From Synechococcus elongatus PCC 6301 (GTDB lineage Bacteria > Cyanobacteriota > Cyanobacteriia > Synechococcales > Synechococcaceae), in contig NC_006576.1 in assembly GCF_000010065.1 (NCBI RefSeq), forward strand, positions 2,370,001 through 2,402,000: a DNA stretch of 32,000 nt. Direction: 5' to 3'. The notes under the pieces are model-generated. The model saw only the letters and a list, made by a program, of their open reading frames with translations, was not told where the DNA came from and did no database searches. Positions within the stretch are counted from its first letter, which is position 1; each line of letters begins with the position of its first letter. Shown here piece after piece: positions 26,223 through 32,000 of the stretch. The translations under genes and the position numbers were made by a program.

Positions 26223-27686
26223 CTAAAGTAGAACTGGAACAATAGTATTCAGATCAAACTGCGACCGCAGCAGAAACTGAACGAGAGACTCCGAAGTTGA
26301 TTGTCTGTGTTTCTGATAGCGCTTTAAAACCTCTGTTATGAATGAGATGACCTGATGAAAACTCAGGCTGGGACCTGAGATTCGATCAAAGCGATCGCTA
26401 TCTCCAAAGAAGATATTATATCGTTCGTTTGGCTTTTGCTCTTCAGGAGAATCAGCTGCAAGAATCGTAATCTCTGCTGGACTTGACTGAGCACAAAACT
26501 TAGAACAAGCACTGATATGAATATTAATTGGATCGAGTGCTTGGCAAACTTGATCAATGGCTTGTTGCAACCGTTCTGCAAGAGGTTGCGTTGGAACTAT
26601 TGCTGCTTGACAAACAGGGTGACCCGCACAAGCAATGATCACAGGTTCTTTAGCAGTTGTTGCAAAGCCTAACTCTTGGAACCGCTGCTGAGCCTCGATT
26701 ACTTCACTCTTGTTTAGGTTGGGAACGATGAGGCTTTGCCAGGGTGTTAACCGTATCTCTTGGCAGTTTAGGGCTTCTAGAATTTGAATTAAAGCTGTGA
26801 GTTGTAAACCTGTGATCTGGCCAAGAAAAGAACGAATGCCCAGATAAAAAAGATCTGGATTGCTTTGGGGATAAAAGCCAAACTGTCGATAGGGCTGGCT
26901 GACTGGAAGCGATTGTTGAGTTGTCTCTAGAGACTGTCGCGATCGCTCTTGGATGACTTGTAAGAATTGCTCTAATCCCCAACTTTCGATCAGTGAGTGC
27001 AAACGGGGTTTACCTTGCCGACCTGCCTTCACTTCTTGGTTGCTATATTCGTAATAAATCGCAGTCAGTGTAGCAATCGTTGGGAGTAGCTGATCAGGAG
27101 TGATGATGTAACCAGTATCAATTAGCTGTTTTTTAACTGCCAGTTGTAGTAGAAAGGGAATCTCTTGCTGATTGGTCTGAATAGCAGTCAGTTGAACATC
27201 ATTCAGACGATGTTCCCAGGCAACAGGCGATCGCGTGCCAATACCGACAGATCCACCCCCATCTAGACCAATGCTGAACTTAGCGGAAAGTTCACCATAT
27301 TCAGGATGTTGTTGCAAAAACTGATCGATCTGTTGAATATATGGGCGAGTGTCGAGCAGCTCTTCTGGGTCAATCCCTGCGGTGGGACTAGCCATCAAAT
27401 TGCGGAGGTGATCGGTCTGCGGATGAGTTGCTGCTAAACCAACGGCTTGCAGCTGATTCAGCTCAGACGAATCGATCGCTCGTTGAACACCGCGAATTTG
27501 CAGATTAGCGCGATTGGTAACCTGCACCTGATCGCACTGAAGCGTTGTTAGTAAATTGGCAATAACTTTTAGCTGGTTTAGATGTAGAGTCCCAGCAGGA
27601 ATGCGAATACGCAGTAAAAAACCATCCTGAGCCCGAGTGCCATAAAATACCCCCGGGCAAGCATTCGCTTGTGTCAACCAACTCAT
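26223..27686 (-). CDS. cobG: Precorrin-3B synthase-like protein (CobG; nitrite/sulfite-reductase ferredoxin-like fold)
   Basis: 487 aa. The N-terminus ACPGVFYGTRAQDGFLLRIRIPAGTL...NRANLQIRGV is the CobG/NirA half-domain signature. A C-terminal Cys cluster (CAGHPVC...ISACSKFC) fits the Fe-S/siroheme-type site. It is the first gene after a cobalamin riboswitch. Confidence 0.8.
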   Translation of the reverse strand: MSWLTQANACPGVFYGTRAQDGFLLRIRIPAGTLHLNQLKVIANLLTTLQCDQVQVTNRANLQIRGVQRAIDSSELNQLQAVGLAATHPQTDHLRNLMASPTAGIDPEELLDTRPYIQQIDQFLQQHPEYGELSAKFSIGLDGGGSVGIGTRSPVAWEHRLNDVQLTAIQTNQQEIPFLLQLAVKKQLIDTGYIITPDQLLPTIATLTAIYYEYSNQEVKAGRQGKPRLHSLIESWGLEQFLQVIQERSRQSLETTQQSLPVSQPYRQFGFYPQSNPDLFYLGIRSFLGQITGLQLTALIQILEALNCQEIRLTPWQSLIVPNLNKSEVIEAQQRFQELGFATTAKEPVIIACAGHPVCQAAIVPTQPLAERLQQAIDQVCQALDPINIHISACSKFCAQSSPAEITILAADSPEEQKPNERYNIFFGDSDRFDRISGPSLSFHQVISFITEVLKRYQKHRQSTSESLVQFLLRSQFDLNTIVPVLL

Positions 27687-27724
27687 CGCGATCGCCTTCT
27701 CTGTGCTGCGCAGAGAACTTCAGC

Positions 27725-27905
27725 AAATGAGTGTCTTTTCGACACTCCTCAAGGCTGGCATTCTGACTCCATGGGCTTCTAGATATCTCTATCAAGAGCA
27801 ATCACATTGATAGCCGATTGTGATACCTAAAAGTTGATTACAGTTGCGGCACAGTACCGGAATCACACCGGACTTTCCCAATCCTTAAGTCTCAGCAGCA
27901 TAGCA
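27725..27905 (-). promoter_or_regulatory. Cobalamin (B12) riboswitch in the 5' leader of the cobG-cobH-cobI-cbiG/cobJ-cobB operon
   Basis: The minus-strand RNA contains the conserved core GGGAAAGUCCGGUGUGAUUCCGGUACUGUGCCGCAACUGUAA (complement of about 27838-27881). It also contains a B12-box-like GAGUCAGAAUGCCAGCC (complement of about 27753-27769). Downstream hairpins lie at 27729-27747 (GAGUGUC/GACACUC) and 27697-27717 (UUCUCUG/CAGAGAA). The second hairpin abuts the putative SD 10 nt before the cobG ATG. Confidence 0.8.
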
Positions 27906-27950
27906 TGGGGCTGGTCACTGCTTGCGGGAGCATTACTTTTTACGAAGACA

Positions 27951-29180
27951 ATGGATACTCCTTCCTTAACTCCGTGGCTATCGATCGTTGGGATTAGCGA
28001 AGAAGGATGGCTGGCCCTAACCCCGATCGCACAGCAATGTATCCTGCAAGCCGACATTCTCGTGGGCAGCGATCGCCATTTTGATCTTCTGCCTTCCCTG
28101 CCAGGTGCGGAACAATGGCGCTGGGGATCCCCGTTTTCCGCCACGATCACCCAAATCCTCGAGCGGCGCGGCCAATCTATTTGCATCCTCGCCAGTGGCG
28201 ACCCAATGTGCTACGGCGTTGGGAGTTTGCTGGCACAACGCTTGCCGCTGACTGAACTCCAGATTCTGCCTGCACCCTCGGCCTTTAGTTTGGCCTGCTC
28301 TCGCTTGGGCTGGGCTTTGCCGGAAGTGGAAACCCTGAGCCTTTGCGGTCGCGATCCAGCGTTACTTAACGCGCTACTTTATCCTGGCGCCAAGATTTTG
28401 GCCCTCAGTGCCGATCGCTCGACTCCAGCCACGATCGCAGAGCAACTCTGTCAGCAGGGCTGGGGGTCAAGTCGGCTCACGGTTTTAGAACATCTGGGCG
28501 GCCCTAAGGAGCGAAAAATTAGTGAAATAGCCGAGCACTGGTCTCAGCCCACGATCGCCTCTCTCAACACCGTGGCGATTGAATGCCATGCCCGCGATCG
28601 CGACTTGATTGTGCCGCCCCGCCTGACTGGACTGCCTGATGCGGCCTACCACCATGATGGGCAACTGACCAAACGGGAAGTGCGAGCGATCACGCTAGCT
28701 GCGCTAGCTCCCCTGCCCGGCCAACTGCTCTGGGATGTGGGTGCCGGCTGTGGGTCGATCGGCATTGAATGGATGCGTAGCGATCGCCGCTGTCGAGCGA
28801 TCGCCATTGAGCAGCATCCGCAGCGGCTGCAAATCATTACACAGAATGCGATCGCCCTCGGGGTTCCGAACCTGCAAGTGGTTGCCGGTTCAGCACCGGC
28901 TACGCTGAGTGGCTTGCCCCAACCGGATGCCATCTTCATCGGTGGCGGTGTCACTGCTCCAGGTGTGCTCGATCAATGCTGGCAAGCGCTGCCGATGGGT
29001 GGGCGGCTAGTTGTTAACGCCGTTACCCTCGAAAGCGAGCAAGTCGTTTTGGCTGGACAGCAGCGCTGGGGGGGAGATTTAATCCGTGTGGCGGTGCAGC
29101 GAGCGGAACCGATCGGCCGCTTTCTCGGCTGGAAATCGCTGGCACCGATCACGCAATGGACGGTCAAAAAAACAGCCTAG
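27951..29180 (+). CDS. cobL: Precorrin-6Y C5,15-methyltransferase (decarboxylating), CbiE/CbiT fusion (CobL)
   Basis: The N-terminal TP_methylase part reads LSIVGISEEG...ILASGDPMCYGVG. The C-terminal CbiT SAM-methyltransferase part reads GQLTKREVRAITLAAL, LWDVGAGCGSIGIE. The ORF is open from 27834, but that extension is antisense to the riboswitch, so ATG 27951 (MDTPSL...) is preferred. Confidence 0.88.
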   Translation: MDTPSLTPWLSIVGISEEGWLALTPIAQQCILQADILVGSDRHFDLLPSLPGAEQWRWGSPFSATITQILERRGQSICILASGDPMCYGVGSLLAQRLPLTELQILPAPSAFSLACSRLGWALPEVETLSLCGRDPALLNALLYPGAKILALSADRSTPATIAEQLCQQGWGSSRLTVLEHLGGPKERKISEIAEHWSQPTIASLNTVAIECHARDRDLIVPPRLTGLPDAAYHHDGQLTKREVRAITLAALAPLPGQLLWDVGAGCGSIGIEWMRSDRRCRAIAIEQHPQRLQIITQNAIALGVPNLQVVAGSAPATLSGLPQPDAIFIGGGVTAPGVLDQCWQALPMGGRLVVNAVTLESEQVVLAGQQRWGGDLIRVAVQRAEPIGRFLGWKSLAPITQWTVKKTA

Positions 29181-29233
29181 GCGATCGCGCCTAAGCTGCT
29201 TAAGACAGACAGGAGGACTGGACAGGGAAGCGA

Positions 29234-30430
29234 CTAGTGCAACAACTCCAAATAGTCACGGATCTGATTGCGTCGTCGCGGATGCCGCAGCTTTTGCAGG
29301 GCCTTAGCCTCAATCTGGCGAACTCGCTCACGCGATAGGTCGAGCACTTGCCCAATTTCAGCGAGGGAATAAATCTGCCCATCGCGCAGACCAAACCGCA
29401 TCCGAATTACATCGCGTTCGCGGTGATTGAGTTCGAGCAATAACCGCTGCAGATCATTGCTGAGGGATTCCTGAGTCAATCGTTCTTCTGGGGTGAAATC
29501 GGTGGTTTCCAGCAAATCCCCTAGCTCCGTATCCTTTTCCTTGCCAACACGGGTTTCTAGGGAAATCGATTTGGGCACCCGCAACAGGACTTCCCGCACT
29601 TGATCGGGGGTCATCTCAAGTTCTTGAGCAATCTCCTCAAGGTTGGCAGTTCTGCCCTTTGTTTGCGCAATTTTGCGCTGGGCTTTTTTGATCCGGTTTA
29701 ATTTCTCCGTCACATGGACGGGCAAGCGAATCGTCCGACTTTGGGTTGCGATCGCGCGGGTAATTCCCTGACGAATCCACCAATAGGCATAGGTACTAAA
29801 TCGATAGCCTTTCGTCGGGTCGAACTTCTCAACAGCCCGCTCTAGTCCTAGGGTGCCTTCTTGAACGAGATCGAGAAGCTCTAGTCCTCGGTTTTGATAT
29901 TTTTTAGCGACGGAAACAACTAAACGGAGGTTGGCCTTGATCATGTGATCTTTAGCTCGCTGGCCTTCTTTGCAGACCTGCTTTAATTCCTCAAGATCGA
30001 GCTGGCAGACTTCAGCCCAGCGATGCAGCCCCAGTTGTAGTGCTTGGCGTAATTCAGTCAAGGAACAATCGACAATCTTGGCCCAAGCTTCAAAGGAAGG
30101 ACGGTGACCCAGCTGCGCGGTCAGGCGATCGCGGCCTTCCTGCAGGTCAACGTAATCCTTGAGAACCCCTCCTTCTTCAACGGCGACGCAATTCCGAACC
30201 GCCAACAACTGCATGTAGCGCTGCACCCACCGTGCCTCACTCACCTCTTCATCGCGCCCAAGGAGACGGACTCGCCCGATGTCTTGTAAATACAGCCGAA
30301 TCAGATCGGTTGACTGGCGGCTAGAGACCGCTGTTTCCACGGCTTCAGAACTTGGAGTTTCTGACAAGTTAGCGACGTCAGACGAAACTGCTTCGTATTC
30401 CGTGGAATGAGTGAAATAGGCAGCCGTCAT
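29234..30430 (-). CDS. Group-2 sigma-70 family RNA polymerase sigma factor (SigC/RpoD5-like)
   Basis: 398 aa. Region 1.2 is DLIRLYLQDIGRVRLL. Region 2 is KANLRLVVSVAKKYQNRGLELLDLVQEGTLGLERAVEKFDPTKGYRFSTYAYWWIRQ. Regions 3 and 4 follow, including SLAEIGQVLDLSRERVRQIEAKALQKLR. The non-conserved spacer after region 1.2 differs from a principal sigma factor. Confidence 0.92.
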   Translation of the reverse strand: MTAAYFTHSTEYEAVSSDVANLSETPSSEAVETAVSSRQSTDLIRLYLQDIGRVRLLGRDEEVSEARWVQRYMQLLAVRNCVAVEEGGVLKDYVDLQEGRDRLTAQLGHRPSFEAWAKIVDCSLTELRQALQLGLHRWAEVCQLDLEELKQVCKEGQRAKDHMIKANLRLVVSVAKKYQNRGLELLDLVQEGTLGLERAVEKFDPTKGYRFSTYAYWWIRQGITRAIATQSRTIRLPVHVTEKLNRIKKAQRKIAQTKGRTANLEEIAQELEMTPDQVREVLLRVPKSISLETRVGKEKDTELGDLLETTDFTPEERLTQESLSNDLQRLLLELNHRERDVIRMRFGLRDGQIYSLAEIGQVLDLSRERVRQIEAKALQKLRHPRRRNQIRDYLELLH

Positions 30431-31213
30431 GGTGAATATCCAGTTTATTACAGGGATAACGACTGGCTGGAGCGATGCAATATTTTGCCGTCGACTTCAA
30501 GGCCAGTGCTTATCTGGAAAATAGTCTCTCTATAAAAAATAAAATTCTTGCCAGTGCCCCAGCTCTCTTTAGATTTTGGCCAAAATGTAAGTCCTCGGTA
30601 AAGCCCAGATGTTGCTTTGATATTTGCCCAGTTCAGTGCTTGGTTTCTTGAACTTTTGTATCCCTCTAGCTCACCATTGAGAACCATCAAGAATTCTGAG
30701 AAAACATGTGGCATCAACGCTGAGTTTGCATTGTTGGCGATCGCTCGTCTGAAATGACTCCCCTACTCGGAATCCAGCCTAGAGGGCCATTGCGGCTTTG
30801 CCCTAGGAGAATCGTGATTCTATGAGTGAGCCTCTGGGCTCTGGGGGCGCTGGAAAGGGTGCTTGCCTGCTGGCTTGGGGCTGTTAGAGCTGCAAAAATC
30901 TTTCTCAATGCGGCGTCCAGCCCCGCTTGGCTGTATTCTTGTTTCTCGACAGCGCCGAGTATGATGGAGGTTCCCCGCAATTCCCAGGAATGGGTCGGAA
31001 CTCTTTAGCGCTTCATGCTCTTCATTTCCCTGTATGACGCAGCAGCTCGTAAAATCTGTGAGCAAAACTGGTTTTCGCTGGTGCTTCTCGAGCAGGTTTA
31101 GAGTCTTGGCATGATGGACAGAAGCGCGAGTCTACAGAAGCTGTCATTACCAAAACTCTGTGTGCCGATGCGCCGCCAGACAATGGGCGCAGAGTTGTCT
31201 GCTTTCGCTATCG

Positions 31214-32000
31214 ATGCTGTTTGGGGTTAGGAGGTTGTCATTGTCACAGGGCTATCGCGTTGCAATTCTTGGAGCGACCGGTGCAGTTGGCACTGAGCTA
31301 CTGCAGATCCTAGAAGAGCGTCAGTTTCCGATCGCTGAGTTACGGCTGTTAGCTTCCCCTCGTTCTGCGGGCCAAACCCTGACTTTTGCAGGAGAAACGC
31401 TGACGATCCAAGAAGCGACTCCCAGCGCCTTCCAAGGTCTTGATATCGTCTTAGCCTCCGCGGGGGGCAGCACCTCCAAAGCGTTGGCAGAAGCGATCGT
31501 GGCTGCGGGTGCTGTCATGATCGATAACTCCAGCGCCTTTCGGATGGATCCGACAGTCCCCTTAGTAGTGCCTGAGGTCAATCCAGAAGCCGCAGCCCAG
31601 CACCAAGGCATCATCGCTAACCCTAACTGCACGACAATTTTGATGGCGATCGCGCTGTGGCCGTTGCAGCAGCGCCATCCGATCCGCCGGATTGTGGTCT
31701 CCACCTACCAATCGGCTAGTGGTGCTGGGGCGCGGGCGATGGCAGAAGTCCAAGAGCAAAGCCGAGCCATTCTTGCCGGTCAACCCGCGATCGCTGAAAT
31801 CCTGCCCTATCCCTTGGCTTTCAACCTCTTCCCCCACAACTCGCCTCTGACTGAGTCGGGCTACTGCGAAGAAGAGCTGAAGATGCTCAACGAAAGTCGT
31901 AAGATTTTTGGCCTGCCCGACCTTAAGCTGACGGCTACCTGTGTGCGAGTGCCTGTGCTGCGTGCTCACTCAGAAGCCATTAACGTCGAATTCACGGAGC
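31214..32000 (+). CDS. asd: Aspartate-semialdehyde dehydrogenase, N-terminal about 255 aa (3' end lies outside the window)
   Basis: My own translation in the frame of 31214 gives ...SQGYRVAILGATGAVGTELLQILEERQFP...IANPNCTTILMAIALWPL...VSTYQSASGAGARAM...CVRVPVLRAHSEAINVEF. This contains the NAD-binding GATGAVG motif and the catalytic Cys motif NPNC. It is absent from the ORF track because no stop occurs before the window end. The start is either ATG 31214 or TTG 31241, which lies 6 nt after TAGGAGG. Confidence 0.9.
   Translation, partial: MLFGVRRLSLSQGYRVAILGATGAVGTELLQILEERQFPIAELRLLASPRSAGQTLTFAGETLTIQEATPSAFQGLDIVLASAGGSTSKALAEAIVAAGAVMIDNSSAFRMDPTVPLVVPEVNPEAAAQHQGIIANPNCTTILMAIALWPLQQRHPIRRIVVSTYQSASGAGARAMAEVQEQSRAILAGQPAIAEILPYPLAFNLFPHNSPLTESGYCEEELKMLNESRKIFGLPDLKLTATCVRVPVLRAHSEAINVEFTE

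Noticed and set aside
30870-30900. GGGGCTGT... in the sigma-asd spacer, which superficially resembles a tmRNA 5' end. The spacer was also checked by eye for RNase P, SRP and 6S hallmarks.
   Set aside because: None of the expected features is present: no tRNA-like acceptor/T-arm pairing, no GAGGAAAGUCC (RNase P) and no SRP GGAA motif context. The similarity is limited to a few bases.
31321-31969. Two minus-strand ORFs (127 aa and 135 aa) listed in the asd region
   Set aside because: The plus strand encodes an unmistakable aspartate-semialdehyde dehydrogenase. It is missing from the ORF track only because it has no stop within the window. The minus-strand ORFs are antisense artefacts.
1-32000. 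Search for CRISPR arrays, tRNA/rRNA genes, IS elements, integrases and known defence-system genes
   Set aside because: I saw no regularly spaced direct repeats, no tRNA-like cloverleaf candidates in any intergenic gap, and no ORF with transposase, integrase, nuclease or defence-type motifs.

Overview
This window looks like a cyanobacterial chromosomal segment. It is GC-rich and peppered with the HIP1 palindrome GCGATCGC, and gene content and order resemble Synechococcus elongatus (inference only, no search was run). I support about 29 protein genes, one riboswitch and two hairpin terminators. I found no tRNA, rRNA, CRISPR array, transposase or integrase.

Gene order, left to right:
- tldD 3' end and trmL.
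- An AT-rich, HIP1-free island on the minus strand: YHS-domain protein, sensor kinase, OmpR-type regulator.
- A lipoprotein adaptor plus RND efflux pump operon.
- A photolyase-family locus in which the FAD-domain gene is followed by the alpha/beta-domain gene, in the same frame, separated by a single TAA.
- A DUF1824-like gene, nadK, a small membrane protein, a Sua5/YrdC-family gene with an apparent 3' frameshift, prmC, and a Tic22-like gene.
- An amino-acid-type solute-binding lipoprotein, a NarL-type response regulator, and a PAS-GGDEF-EAL protein.
- Heme oxygenase, a beta-hydroxyacid-dehydrogenase-like oxidoreductase, and tadA.
- A cobalamin cluster: cobB, cbiG-cobJ fusion, cobI, cobH and cobG on the minus strand behind a cobalamin riboswitch, with cobL divergent.
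- A group-2 sigma-70 factor, a roughly 780-bp unexplained spacer, and the asd 5' part.

I see no convincing brand-new multi-gene system. The items most worth follow-up are:
- the split, inverted-order photolyase pair;
- the compositionally foreign two-component/YHS island next to the RND pump;
- the Sua5/YrdC frameshift;
- the compositional split of the cobalamin genes;
- the sigma-asd spacer.

All family assignments come from reading motifs in the supplied translations. No database search was possible.
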